The notes under the pieces: generated by a model
What the model saw: the letters and a program-made list of their open reading frames with translations, nothing else
The model's database searches: none
Told to the model about the DNA's origin: nothing
Made by a program: the position numbers and the translations under genes
Shown: piece after piece, positions 28,010 through 37,949 of the stretch
How positions within the stretch are numbered: position 1 is the stretch's first letter
How the letters are laid out: each line of letters begins with the position of its first letter
Origin: a virus
DNA: 64,000 bases
Direction: 5' to 3' (one strand)
Virus record (IMG/VR): IMGVR_UViG_3300005805_000049
Location: 62,218-126,217 of that record

Positions 28010-28509
28010 AAATATTATTTCTTGATGTGGATGGACCACTAATACCATTAAGGATTCATGTCAAATCTAGTGAATTTGTGTATGATTATGATAGATATGA
28101 TGATATGTCATATGTATACGATAAAAATTTTATCAAGGAATTGAATGAGCATTGTCCCCCACAAAATATTCAGATTGTTTTTAATACTGCACATAATGAT
28201 AACCAAGGAGTTATTGATGTTAAGCATTGTGCCATTAAAAATGGTCTGAATCCAAATCTGATTCATCCAAACTATAAAACAAAGTTTCCATCGATTATTC
28301 CTGATAGACTATATGCAATCAGAGATTGGTTGATGAATAATGTCCCTGAAAATCAGGAATGCAAATGGATTGTTGTTGATGACATTCCATTAAAATGTGG
28401 TAAACATTTAGAGAATGTTGATTTGAAACAAGGAGTGACAGATAAACATATAATTAGTATTTTCGGAAAATTTTTACATGAAAAAGAAATCATCTACTGT
28501 AGAAAATGA
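28006..28509 (+). CDS. HAD-superfamily phosphatase (RNA-repair type)
   Basis: ILFLDVDGPL motif I, WIVVDD motif IV. Confidence 0.75.
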   Translation: MKILFLDVDGPLIPLRIHVKSSEFVYDYDRYDDMSYVYDKNFIKELNEHCPPQNIQIVFNTAHNDNQGVIDVKHCAIKNGLNPNLIHPNYKTKFPSIIPDRLYAIRDWLMNNVPENQECKWIVVDDIPLKCGKHLENVDLKQGVTDKHIISIFGKFLHEKEIIYCRK

Positions 28510-28681
28510 AATTTACACAGTAATTCAATGCAAACATTGTAAATGGAAATCTAATCCTTTAAACAGAGAAGAATTGCGAGAACTTGGAGTTCCTTGGTAT
28601 TGTGATAATTGTGGTAAAAAGGCCACTTATATTCATGAAGGAACTTTAGATGAATTAAAAAAGTTCTTGACAACAACATGA
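28478..28681 (+). CDS. small zinc-ribbon protein
   Basis: CKHC...CDNC. Confidence 0.5.
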   Translation: MKKKSSTVENEIYTVIQCKHCKWKSNPLNREELRELGVPWYCDNCGKKATYIHEGTLDELKKFLTTT

Positions 28682-28695
28682 TTCTGGGGTATAAT
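28667..28695 (+). promoter_or_regulatory. sigma70-type promoter
   Basis: TTGACA-N17-TATAAT consensus. Confidence 0.85.
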
Positions 28696-28721
28696 GACTC
28701 CAGAATCAAAGGAGAATCGTC

Positions 28722-29585
28722 ATGAAAGTTGCATATCTCTCAGACATACATGCGGAGTTTTTGAACTATCCTAATCTTCATGCTGATAAGGGTGGTGATA
28801 TTCTTTTGTTGGCTGGTGATATTTTCACTGCCAATATGGTTGCACCTCATCGTACAGATGCAGATTCTAAGAAGCTGAAGAAGTGGCTGAATGGACCATT
28901 CAAGGAGTTTACTTCTAAGTACGATCAGGTTCTTTATGTATTTGGGAACCATGAGCATTATAATTCCATCTACAAAAATACTCATCTTGGTATTATGAAA
29001 TTTCTGCAATCTAATGGTTTTAACAATGTTTTTGTGATGGAAAATGATTATATTGATATTGATGGTGTTCGTTTTATTGGGGCTACTCTATGGACTGATT
29101 ATAATAAGGGCAATCCTCTAACAATGGAGATCGTTGAGAGGGGAATGAATGATTATAAAATGATTGGTCTTCATGATGTTTCTGACATGAACTATTTTAA
29201 TCGTAGGCATAACCGTAAGATTAATCCACAGTTTTTGCTTGACGTTCATTTGGAGTCGGTATCGTATATCTATGAGAAGGCACATGATACTGATTTGCCA
29301 GTAGTGGTTCTTACTCATCATGCACCTAGTTTTCAGTCTGTAGACCCTGATCATGTTTCTGGTGGTCCATATGGTTATGATTCTCTAAATGGTGCTTATG
29401 CTTCAGACTTATCTTCGGTGATTCTTGATTCACCAAATATCAAGTTCTGGGTGCATGGTCACACTCATCATACTATCGACTATCCAATTGGACAGTGCCG
29501 TATTTTGAGCAACCAACGTGGATATTCGTTTGAAGCATGTGCTCGACATTTTGAGGGCACAAAGAGTTTTGAGATTGGCAGTTGA
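28722..29585 (+). CDS. calcineurin-like metallophosphoesterase
   Basis: SDIH, AGD, GNHE, THH, HGHTH. Confidence 0.92.
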   Translation: MKVAYLSDIHAEFLNYPNLHADKGGDILLLAGDIFTANMVAPHRTDADSKKLKKWLNGPFKEFTSKYDQVLYVFGNHEHYNSIYKNTHLGIMKFLQSNGFNNVFVMENDYIDIDGVRFIGATLWTDYNKGNPLTMEIVERGMNDYKMIGLHDVSDMNYFNRRHNRKINPQFLLDVHLESVSYIYEKAHDTDLPVVVLTHHAPSFQSVDPDHVSGGPYGYDSLNGAYASDLSSVILDSPNIKFWVHGHTHHTIDYPIGQCRILSNQRGYSFEACARHFEGTKSFEIGS

Positions 29586-29610
29586 CATCCTCGTTGGTGT
29601 GAGGTATGGT
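29582..29610 (+). promoter_or_regulatory. sigma70-type promoter
   Basis: TTGACA-N17-TATGGT. Confidence 0.65.
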
Positions 29611-29639
29611 ACTTTTAAATCAACGAATGGAGCCTTGCA

Positions 29640-30626
29640 ATGAAGTATGTGAACAATGTGGACGAAGCATTCGACTTTGTTAAATCAGAGATTAGCAAGC
29701 TGGAGACGAAGCTTGCTAATCTTACCAACGTGATTCCTAAACAACCTGCTTTGCAAGAGTATGATTGTAAGCAGATCAAAGAACTTTCCAATATGTATTC
29801 TTATCAAGACAGTGCCAGGAAAATCTTGTCTGGTTATACTGGAGAATACCAGTATAACCGAGCTTTAGAATTGATTGCCCAGGCATATAAGCATGTCGAA
29901 CAAGTGTCTAAGCACAATGATGTTATCCTAGAGAATAACCGTAAGATCGTGGCATCAATCACTGAATTGATGACTTTTTATGGTATTCCTAAAACATATA
30001 GAGTGCTTGATTCCAAGTCTCGTGCTCGATTTCCTAAAAGTATTGAAAAGACTTCTGGTTGGGTTGTTGATTTGCAGATGCATGTCAAAACCGATGATGG
30101 TCGAAACAATGTGATTAAAAAAATCAAAGGATTTGAAGAAACGATTAATACCATTAGAGCACAGATTGTTGAGAATGAGAAAAAACTAAAAGAGGAAAAG
30201 CAGAAAGAATTGGATGAAATGGCGGCTGAGGAAAACCGTCAGGTTTTCTTGATTCAGATGATCAAAAAGTATGACTTGGCACCAAATACTTCTGCCTCTA
30301 ATCTTTTTGATTTCTTCATGAAAAACAACAAGTATCTTGCTCTTGCAAGAAGTTTGGAGAAGAATAGACTTGACTGGTCTGATGGGTATGAATATGCTCA
30401 GGACGGATTAGACAAGTTCTGTGTTCTCGTTGAAAATGAAATGGATGATCGAATCATTAAAAATATTCAAAATGCAATTGACGATTGGGATGGAGATGGT
30501 AGAGTATTCAGAGACATCGAGTGGTCATATGGCTCATTGTACGACTATGTGCAAACTCATTGGCCATCATTGTACAACGATTATCTTGAGTTTATAAAGA
30601 CTTTTCCTAACAGTCGGTATTATTGA
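29640..30626 (+). CDS. hypothetical coiled-coil protein
   Basis: 328-aa ORF with own promoter and GGAG RBS. Confidence 0.7.
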   Translation: MKYVNNVDEAFDFVKSEISKLETKLANLTNVIPKQPALQEYDCKQIKELSNMYSYQDSARKILSGYTGEYQYNRALELIAQAYKHVEQVSKHNDVILENNRKIVASITELMTFYGIPKTYRVLDSKSRARFPKSIEKTSGWVVDLQMHVKTDDGRNNVIKKIKGFEETINTIRAQIVENEKKLKEEKQKELDEMAAEENRQVFLIQMIKKYDLAPNTSASNLFDFFMKNNKYLALARSLEKNRLDWSDGYEYAQDGLDKFCVLVENEMDDRIIKNIQNAIDDWDGDGRVFRDIEWSYGSLYDYVQTHWPSLYNDYLEFIKTFPNSRYY

Positions 30627-30795
30627 GAGGTTGACAAATGAAACTTGCTTGGCTATGCTATGAACATGATTATGAATATGATGATAGAGAGGGCGGCGAC
30701 TACTATCCAACCAAAGTAATAATTTTATTTTCTCAACCATACGAATCTTGGAAATATGCCAAGGTTGTTCCAATCGTTTATTCGGAGATTAAACA

Positions 30796-31170
30796 GTGAA
30801 ACCATACATTCATGCAAAATCTTCTGCTCGTAAGTATGGCGGAAAGTATGAAGACTATTTGGACATCCATGAGTTTATGGATTCTTCCAAAGCAACTCTT
30901 GGAGATGTAAGACACAGAGCAATTCTACATTCTACTTTCGGCTGTTATATCGTTCAGCAAATGTTTGGAAATGTTCGTATCAATTCTGATGGAAAGGAAT
31001 ATTCAACGAGAGATGTTGCTGAAGATCATTGTATGGAAGACCTTGGATTCATCCCAACAGTTGAACATTGGCTTGGTAACATGAAGATTCAACAGTGGAT
31101 GGGTGGTCCTGCTAACAAGAACGAACGAGAGAAACGTAAATTTATCTCAATGGAGACACAAAATGCTTGA
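30796..31170 (+). CDS. conserved hypothetical protein (His/Asp metal-site-like)
   Basis: HAKSSARKYGG..IHEFMD..RHRAILH..AEDHCMED. Confidence 0.7.
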   Translation: MKPYIHAKSSARKYGGKYEDYLDIHEFMDSSKATLGDVRHRAILHSTFGCYIVQQMFGNVRINSDGKEYSTRDVAEDHCMEDLGFIPTVEHWLGNMKIQQWMGGPANKNEREKRKFISMETQNA

Positions 31171-31639
31171 TATGAAACAGATCAGACTAAATCAAAAGAA
31201 GATGAAAGAAGAATTTGAAGCAATTCAAAAAGATTATCGGGAGAAATCACAAAAGATTTTCAAAGAAGGTTTCTCTGCTTTTTTTGAGCAAGTGCCATTG
31301 ATTAAGGCAGTTTCTTGGACTCAATACACTCCTTATTTTAATGATGGTGAGGCTTGTGTATTCAGTGTAGGAGATGTGTGTTTTCTAACTGAAAAGGGAC
31401 TGGAAGACTTTATTGAAGATGGGGGAGGATATGCAGAAGAATATGCAGCAGGAGATAAGTCATGTTATGAAGAAGTTTATCATGTGGGACTGACAGTAGA
31501 AGATTTTGACAAAATTAAAGATTTCAAACATTTTCTATCTGGCATTCCCGAAGACGTTTATGAGCATATTTTTGGTGATCATGTATATGTTATTGCAACC
31601 AAAGATGGTTTTGAGGTAGAAGAATACAGTCATGACTAA
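31163..31639 (+). CDS. hypothetical protein
   Basis: GGAG RBS; WTQYTPYFNDGEAC motif. Confidence 0.7.
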   Translation: MLDMKQIRLNQKKMKEEFEAIQKDYREKSQKIFKEGFSAFFEQVPLIKAVSWTQYTPYFNDGEACVFSVGDVCFLTEKGLEDFIEDGGGYAEEYAAGDKSCYEEVYHVGLTVEDFDKIKDFKHFLSGIPEDVYEHIFGDHVYVIATKDGFEVEEYSHD

Positions 31640-31823
31640 AAAGATCGTAGCCTTAACAGAACGTGAATTGATGGAACTATATACTGTTTGTCTAAAGTTT
31701 GTTGTACAAAACAAAATATATTGTCCCGAAGATATTTACCAAACAGACGAAATTTCTGAAAATTCATTAGAATTTATTGAAGATATTTGCAACATCGTTG
31801 GGTATGAAGATGGACAAACGTAA
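31632..31823 (+). CDS. hypothetical protein
   Basis: coupled ORF. Confidence 0.55.
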   Translation: MTKKIVALTERELMELYTVCLKFVVQNKIYCPEDIYQTDEISENSLEFIEDICNIVGYEDGQT

Positions 31824-32019
31824 ACAAACAAAATATGGTTATATGTGTAAAACAGATTATCTATTTTTGATGGCTTCACGAGGCCCACCACCTGAAATTT
31901 ATAATTCATTAGAAGAAATGAAAGAACTGACTGATTGTTGGGAGGAGTGTGGAATTGTAAAGGTGAAATTAGAATATGTAGAACAGATTGAAAAAGGTTC
32001 TTTGTGGGAAGATGTTTGA
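31810..32019 (+). CDS. hypothetical protein
   Basis: YGYMCKTD..CWEECGIVKV. Confidence 0.55.
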   Translation: MDKRKQTKYGYMCKTDYLFLMASRGPPPEIYNSLEEMKELTDCWEECGIVKVKLEYVEQIEKGSLWEDV

Positions 32020-32139
32020 ACTGATAAAAGATATGTTGAATCAACTTAAAGACGTAACTCCAGAAGGTTACGTCTTTTTTGTCATGATTATACTCCTCTG
32101 TGTGCTGCTGATCATCGAACTTTTTTCATAAAATCGTTG

Positions 32140-32168
32140 TTGACATGCTCGGAAGGGTGTGGTAAGAT
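32140..32168 (+). promoter_or_regulatory. sigma70-type promoter
   Basis: TTGACA-N17-TAAGAT. Confidence 0.7.
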
Positions 32169-32195
32169 GTAGTCAAGATCGGAAATCGAGAGGAT

Positions 32196-32612
32196 TTGAA
32201 CATGAACGGTCAAGACAATGCTATCATTACTCATGATGACAACTCAACTGTAACTGGTGGTCATTGGTCAACTTTAACGGGTGGTAGTTGCTCAACTGTA
32301 ACTGGTGGTGATTATTCAACTGTAACTGGTGGCGATTATTCAACTGTAACTGGTGGCGATTATTCAACTGTAACGGGTGGTGATTATTCAACTGTTAATG
32401 GTGGCGATAATTCAATCGTAACTGGTGGTGATAATTCAATCATAACTGGTGGATATCGTTCATTTGTAACTGGTGGTGACAACTCATCGTTGTCTATATC
32501 ATGGTATGATGGCAACACGCTCAGAATTTCTATTGCCTATGTTGGTGAAGATGGAATTGAACCTAATGTTGCTTATATGTTGGACGAAAATGGTAAATTC
32601 GTGAGGGCTTGA
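32196..32612 (+). CDS. octapeptide-repeat protein, paralog 2 (lacks N-terminal domain)
   Basis: STVTGGDY repeats and the same C-terminal GEDGIEPN..NGKFVRA. Confidence 0.75.
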   Translation: MNMNGQDNAIITHDDNSTVTGGHWSTLTGGSCSTVTGGDYSTVTGGDYSTVTGGDYSTVTGGDYSTVNGGDNSIVTGGDNSIITGGYRSFVTGGDNSSLSISWYDGNTLRISIAYVGEDGIEPNVAYMLDENGKFVRA

Positions 32613-32974
32613 CAATGAAACTTGTAATCAATAATTGTTATGGGGGTTTCTCACTTTCTCGTGAAGCGGTTTTGTTGGCACGTAGTTTGACTGATGATCC
32701 TGCTTGGAGAGAAGTTTATATCAAAGGGGATCGTTACCCTGACGGTGTTATTGTGGATTATGATTATGGATATATTCATGATTCAATTCAACGAGATGAC
32801 CCTATTCTAGTGCAAGTAGTGGAACAACTGGGGTCAGAAAAAGCATCTGGAAACTGTGCAAAATTAGTAGTAGAAGAACTTAGTAAAGGAACTGTTTTTA
32901 GAATTAAAGAACATGATGGCTGGGAACGTATTGAAGTTTCGAATTTATTTTATAATTGGAAGGTAGCAACATAA
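32609..32974 (+). CDS. conserved phage hypothetical protein
   Basis: KLVINNCYGGFSLS..RDDPILVQVVE..EHDGWE. Confidence 0.7.
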   Translation: MTMKLVINNCYGGFSLSREAVLLARSLTDDPAWREVYIKGDRYPDGVIVDYDYGYIHDSIQRDDPILVQVVEQLGSEKASGNCAKLVVEELSKGTVFRIKEHDGWERIEVSNLFYNWKVAT

Positions 32975-33487
32975 ATGTTCGTAATCTCAGATACACATTT
33001 CTCTCATAAAAACATCCTTGTTTTCACGAACAAGGATGGTGAAAAGATTCGTCCTTTCACTTGTCTGGATGAAATGAATGAAACGATAATTGATAACTGG
33101 AATAAAACAGTTAAGCCAAATGATATTGTCTATCATCTTGGCGACTTCACATTTGGCGGTAAACAAAATATTGCCAAGTTTGCTTCTCGCCTTATTGGAC
33201 GAAAGAGACTGATTCTTGGTAATCATGATTATGATGCCAAAGACTATGTTGAACATTTTGAAAAGGTAATGTCGTTTCATGAGATGAAGAAACTACGTGT
33301 TCCTGTTGTGATGTGTCACTTTCCCTTGCATCTTTCTTCGTTTCAGTATAGAGTGGGTGACAATGGAATCAATCTTCATGGTCATATTCATGACAAGACA
33401 ATTGGCGATCCACGATGGGTGAATATGTGTGTAGAACATACAAACTACACTCCGGTTCATATCGAGGATATTCTGAAAGGACGATGA
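32975..33487 (+). CDS. calcineurin-like metallophosphoesterase
   Basis: SDTHF, HLGD, GNHD, HFP, HGHIH. Confidence 0.92.
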   Translation: MFVISDTHFSHKNILVFTNKDGEKIRPFTCLDEMNETIIDNWNKTVKPNDIVYHLGDFTFGGKQNIAKFASRLIGRKRLILGNHDYDAKDYVEHFEKVMSFHEMKKLRVPVVMCHFPLHLSSFQYRVGDNGINLHGHIHDKTIGDPRWVNMCVEHTNYTPVHIEDILKGR

Positions 33488-33488
33488 A

Positions 33489-34604
33489 ATGAAATATCAA
33501 TTCCCGGTGATCACTAACATCGATCAAGCACGACTTGCAATTAAAGACCGTCCTGAATTTGTGGAAGCAGTTCGTGATGGTTACACTGTTTTCAATTACA
33601 ATCTGTCAAAGGAAGACTCGTTCGATTGTCATATTCGTAGGGAGTGCCGGGGATTGATCTTCTGTAATCAAACCGGCAAAGTTCTTGCTCGTAGGCTTCA
33701 TAAATTCTTCAACATGAACGAACGTGAAGAAACTTTGCAGGATAATATTGATTGGGATGTTCCTCATATTGTGTTGGATAAGTTAGACGGGTCCATGATC
33801 ACTCCATTTATGTTGAATGATGAAGTTCGTTGGGCCACTAAAATGGGTATCACTGATATTGCTTTGGATTGTGAAAAGTTTGTTCGTAATAATCCAAAGT
33901 ATAATCGGTTTGCTGCTTTCTGTATTGCCAATAATACCACTCCAATCTTTGAATATGTCGGACCTAAAAATCGAATCGTAATCGAATATAATCAAGAAGA
34001 TTTGATTCTTCTTGCTATCAGATATAATCAATCTGGAGAATACTTAAAACGTGATTATGTTAATGGATTGGCATATTTGGATAATATTCCAATTGTCCAA
34101 AAATACAAAGGCTCTTTGGACCAACTGAAAGAACAGACTGACATTGAAGGTGTGATTGTTCAGTTTGAAGACGGTCATATGGTTAAAGTTAAGACCGACT
34201 GGTATGTTGCAATTCACAAAGCAAAGGAGAATATTCTATTTGAGAAGAATGTTATTAAACTAATCCTTGAGGAAAAGTTGGATGACATTATTCCAGACCT
34301 ACCAAAAAAGGATGCTGACCAATTGAATGCTTATAAGGATGGATTGATTCAGTCTATTGAAAAACTATCGAATGAGTGTCAGTCTGTTATTGACTGGTGT
34401 AAGCAACAGCAGTATAATCGTAAGCAGTTGGCAGAGCATGTTATGTCGGTAGTGCCAGAGTTTACTCGTTCTATCATCTTTTCTTGTTATGATGATCCTT
34501 CAAAGTTAAAGGATGAATGGGTAAAGAAGATTCTAAAGAAAACTGGCTCACAATCTGACGTTGACTCAATTCGAGATTATTTGGGAGTGTCTTGGAATGT
34601 CTGA
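33489..34604 (+). CDS. rnlA: RNA ligase 1 (T4 RnlA-like)
   Basis: ECRGLIF, HKFFN, KLDGS, FEY, EGVIV, KVKTDWY. Confidence 0.92.
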   Translation: MKYQFPVITNIDQARLAIKDRPEFVEAVRDGYTVFNYNLSKEDSFDCHIRRECRGLIFCNQTGKVLARRLHKFFNMNEREETLQDNIDWDVPHIVLDKLDGSMITPFMLNDEVRWATKMGITDIALDCEKFVRNNPKYNRFAAFCIANNTTPIFEYVGPKNRIVIEYNQEDLILLAIRYNQSGEYLKRDYVNGLAYLDNIPIVQKYKGSLDQLKEQTDIEGVIVQFEDGHMVKVKTDWYVAIHKAKENILFEKNVIKLILEEKLDDIIPDLPKKDADQLNAYKDGLIQSIEKLSNECQSVIDWCKQQQYNRKQLAEHVMSVVPEFTRSIIFSCYDDPSKLKDEWVKKILKKTGSQSDVDSIRDYLGVSWNV

Positions 34605-35076
34605 TATTAATAAAGTATTCATTATGTTGGTAGGTTTGCCAGGAACCGGCAAATCTACTTATTGTCAAGAGAACAAACATTTGATTGGTAATTGCACAAT
34701 CGTTTCATCAGATGATATTATGATGGATATTGCTTATAAGTATGGATTCACTTATAATCAATTGTTTGATGACGTGACATATTCTTTCTGTGAAAAAATG
34801 ATGTATAGGATTGCAAAGTTGGCAATCGAACGTGGTGATAATATTATTTGGGATCAGACTAATCTTACAGTAAAATCTCGTGCCAAGAAATTGGATATGA
34901 TTCCTTCTTCATACAAGAAGATTTGTGTGGATTTTCCAATTCCATCTGATTGGGAAAAACGATTGGATCGTCCCGGAAAAGCAATTCCTATAAATGTGCT
35001 TGACAGGATGAAGAAAATGTATGAGAATCCTTCCTTGAGTGAAGGGTTTGATGAGATCATAACTGCGAGGAATTGA
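34597..35076 (+). CDS. polynucleotide kinase domain (AAA_33-like)
   Basis: GLPGTGKST Walker A, SSDD, WDQTNL..SR; directly after RNA ligase. Confidence 0.85.
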   Translation: MSDINKVFIMLVGLPGTGKSTYCQENKHLIGNCTIVSSDDIMMDIAYKYGFTYNQLFDDVTYSFCEKMMYRIAKLAIERGDNIIWDQTNLTVKSRAKKLDMIPSSYKKICVDFPIPSDWEKRLDRPGKAIPINVLDRMKKMYENPSLSEGFDEIITARN

Positions 35077-35297
35077 CGATGAAAGATTCTATTGAGCAAC
35101 GTGTATTTGATAATCTTGACAATGCACTGGATAATGGATATGATATGACTAACATCGATTCTGATATTGTTGCGGAAGATGTTTTAACGTATGCAGATTA
35201 TGATTTTGAAGAAGAATTTGACACAATGGATCATGATGTTCTTTTTGATCAAGTACGTGTGGCTGTTGAAAAGTGGCAAAACAAGAGGATCAAATGA
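35073..35297 (+). CDS. acidic hypothetical protein
   Basis: coupled ORF. Confidence 0.55.
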   Translation: MTMKDSIEQRVFDNLDNALDNGYDMTNIDSDIVAEDVLTYADYDFEEEFDTMDHDVLFDQVRVAVEKWQNKRIK

Positions 35298-35560
35298 AGA
35301 AGATTACTATTGAATTTGATGATGATGGTAATTATCGGAAGTGCGATTTCGGTGATTTTACTCTGTCAGGAACAATGGCAGCAGGATATGATAAGATTTG
35401 GGATGGTTCAGAGTGTATTGGTTTCGTTGATACTTCTCACCATCCTTCATGTTTCAATAAAGAAGGAACCCTTGTCTGTCAAAACTATCACGTAAGATTC
35501 CAACTGTTTAACATGGAATTGGTTAAAGCTGCAAAGATGAATAAGGTGAAAGGCGACTGA
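35294..35560 (+). CDS. hypothetical protein
   Basis: GAGGA RBS before ATG 35294. Confidence 0.55.
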   Translation: MKKITIEFDDDGNYRKCDFGDFTLSGTMAAGYDKIWDGSECIGFVDTSHHPSCFNKEGTLVCQNYHVRFQLFNMELVKAAKMNKVKGD

Positions 35561-35561
35561 G

Positions 35562-35813
35562 ATGCTTGATTTTCCACAAGACGAAACTATGAGAAAAACT
35601 CTGCAATTTGAATTTGATATTAATTGTGTAATTGACACTATCGATCATTCAAATGAAATTATTCCACCAGACATAAAATTGCTTCGAGCAATCGATACCC
35701 TTATTGAGCACTATTCATCTCCTAAAGAGTACAAACAATGGTGTGGTGAGAGAGACGTTATTATTCAAAACATGAATAGCAAACTTGATCCAATTGACAA
35801 GGTAGTATGGTGA
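35562..35813 (+). CDS. hypothetical protein
   Basis: ORF in tightly packed run. Confidence 0.55.
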   Translation: MLDFPQDETMRKTLQFEFDINCVIDTIDHSNEIIPPDIKLLRAIDTLIEHYSSPKEYKQWCGERDVIIQNMNSKLDPIDKVVW

Positions 35814-36049
35814 GATATGACAGATGAAGATTTGAAGACAACAATTCTTTCATATAAATTTGTCTATCACTTTTGTATGGGCGTTGCTCTTATTTCTCAC
35901 GGAAGTTTCTTGTATCATCTTCCACAAGTGACAGTCGTTCATATCTTAATTACTCTTAGTATTATATTATTTGATAATTTATGTGTCTCCTACATTTATA
36001 AAATGAGTAAAGACTGTGGAATAGACATTGATAGGTGAGATATGACAGA
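35809..36049 (+). repeat. 16-bp direct repeat at gene junctions
   Basis: GGTGAGATATGACAGA at 35809-35824 and 36034-36049. Confidence 0.8.
35817..36038 (+). CDS. small membrane protein
   Basis: two hydrophobic segments. Confidence 0.55.
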   Translation: MTDEDLKTTILSYKFVYHFCMGVALISHGSFLYHLPQVTVVHILITLSIILFDNLCVSYIYKMSKDCGIDIDR

Positions 36050-36264
36050 CTTAGAATTTGTAGAACTTGCAATTCGTAGGGCATCTGGTAAAGCAAGACT
36101 TTCGTATCAGGAAAAAAAAGATCCAGGCGATCTATTTACATATGAAATTCTTGAGAAACTTGCTTATGAATTTACATTGATTAATGAAGAAATTGCAGAA
36201 AGGAAAAAGAATCATTAATTGTTAGTTTGATGGAACATTTGTGTTCATCGTAATATTATGAAAC

Positions 36265-36615
36265 ATGGGAGTAATAATAATGTCAAATCAAAAGTATTCA
36301 GAACTATTTAAAGACCTTGTTGATCTAATGGAAAGTATGGACTATAAACAAATCTATATGGCAATGGAAGGAATGAATCAGACATGGCAGTTTAGTGAAG
36401 ACCCTACAAAACCACCAACGGTTGCTGAAATGAAAAATGTTGTGTTACAACAGATAATTCTAGCTGTTGGTGTTATTGAAAACGGATATCAGTACGCACA
36501 AGCAAATCAACATGGGTTTTATTGTGAAATTTTTGTTCCTATGAAATTAAAAGAGGTTGGGTTTAAGGTGGAATGGATTCGTAAAGATAGTACATTACTT
36601 AGTTCTAAACCATAA
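36265..36615 (+). CDS. hypothetical protein
   Basis: ORF; likely start ATG 36280 after GGGAG. Confidence 0.6.
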   Translation: MGVIIMSNQKYSELFKDLVDLMESMDYKQIYMAMEGMNQTWQFSEDPTKPPTVAEMKNVVLQQIILAVGVIENGYQYAQANQHGFYCEIFVPMKLKEVGFKVEWIRKDSTLLSSKP

Positions 36616-36639
36616 GTTTTATTTTTGTTTGATTGATTA

Positions 36640-36861
36640 ATGACGAAATTGCAGAAAGGAAAAAGAATGAAACCAGTAACCGTTGAACAGCAAATCGAAG
36701 CAGACATGATGATGACAATTGCTGATGTTATTTTAGAGGAATCAACAATTCATTATGAATACGGTGAAGATATGTATGTGAATAATTCAGATGAAGTTGC
36801 ACGAAAGATTCTTGATGCACTGAAGGAAAAAGGTTATGGTTGGGGAATCTATCATGGATGA
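36640..36861 (+). CDS. hypothetical protein
   Basis: ORF in run. Confidence 0.5.
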   Translation: MTKLQKGKRMKPVTVEQQIEADMMMTIADVILEESTIHYEYGEDMYVNNSDEVARKILDALKEKGYGWGIYHG

Positions 36862-37171
36862 ACCTGTATGGATTGATTATTGGAAAAAAGACGAAACTGG
36901 TAAAATGCCAGATATGCCAGAAACGGGATATGTTAAAATTATTAACACCTTTAATTCAGATACTAGAACATACATGGATATGAGTGTTCCATCATTAGAC
37001 AGAAATTTGCTTTGGAACAGAGCAGCACCTATGTGTGTTTCTAAATTTGCATACATAACCAAGGAGGAATATTTAAAAGTCAAACAAAACAGCATAATCA
37101 GTCAAATTAAAAAATTAGAAGATCAGATATCATCTCTTAAAGAGCAACTAAAGGAATTTGATAATGACTGA
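36854..37171 (+). CDS. hypothetical protein
   Basis: start MDEPVW, C-terminal coiled coil. Confidence 0.55.
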   Translation: MDEPVWIDYWKKDETGKMPDMPETGYVKIINTFNSDTRTYMDMSVPSLDRNLLWNRAAPMCVSKFAYITKEEYLKVKQNSIISQIKKLEDQISSLKEQLKEFDND

Positions 37172-37529
37172 AAAGAAAGTAGTGTTTTCCCTAACAAAAA
37201 AAGACTTTGAATGGGACTATTATTCTGGGTCTGGTGCAGGAGGACAACACCGAAACAAGCATCGTAATTGTGTCAGAGTTCATCATCCTCCATCTGGTGC
37301 TCGTGGTAATTGCCAAGACTACAGAGAAAAACTTGCAAATGAAAGAACAGCATTTACACGAATGGCAAATTCACCAGAAATGCAGAAGTGGCTCAGACTT
37401 GAATTTTCCCGTAAAACCGGCAAATTACAAGAGATTGAAGAAGAAGTTGACAGGATGATGAATCCTCGATATATTAAGGTAGAAGTCAAAGAAGATGGCA
37501 AATGGGTGGAGTGGACAGAAAATGACTGA
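37164..37529 (+). CDS. GGQ-domain peptidyl-tRNA hydrolase (RF-1 domain; ArfB/PrfH-like)
   Basis: SGSGAGGQHRNK..VRVHHPPSG..CQDYRE...N. Confidence 0.85.
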   Translation: MTEKKVVFSLTKKDFEWDYYSGSGAGGQHRNKHRNCVRVHHPPSGARGNCQDYREKLANERTAFTRMANSPEMQKWLRLEFSRKTGKLQEIEEEVDRMMNPRYIKVEVKEDGKWVEWTEND

Positions 37530-37809
37530 ACCAGATTTCTTGAAACAATTTATCCATTCAGATTTTATGGATCAGGTTATTTCGTATCGTCTGAAGAAGA
37601 CGATGGAATATACCATTCGTGACATTAAGAATTATGAAGGACGAACAACTCTACAACGATTCCAACGTGAAGATTTGGATATGTGGAGAAAAGATGTTGA
37701 ATGTATGATTCATGTCTATAAGTATTATGCAGGAGATGATGATTTTGTAGAGGAAGTTGAAGCCTTTATTGAAGAATATAATAGCATGAAAGTAAATACA
37801 GATGACTAA
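37522..37809 (+). CDS. hypothetical protein
   Basis: start MTEPDF. Confidence 0.55.
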   Translation: MTEPDFLKQFIHSDFMDQVISYRLKKTMEYTIRDIKNYEGRTTLQRFQREDLDMWRKDVECMIHVYKYYAGDDDFVEEVEAFIEEYNSMKVNTDD

Positions 37810-37949
37810 AGATGAAAAATTGTCAATTCTTGAAGAGGTCTTTGTAGTCCTTGTTACTTTATATGCTAAAGAACAGAATATTAACAGAGTGAACTATCTT
37901 CATCATTTAATACAAAATCTTCGGGTGATTATTGTTAAGGTGATTGACG

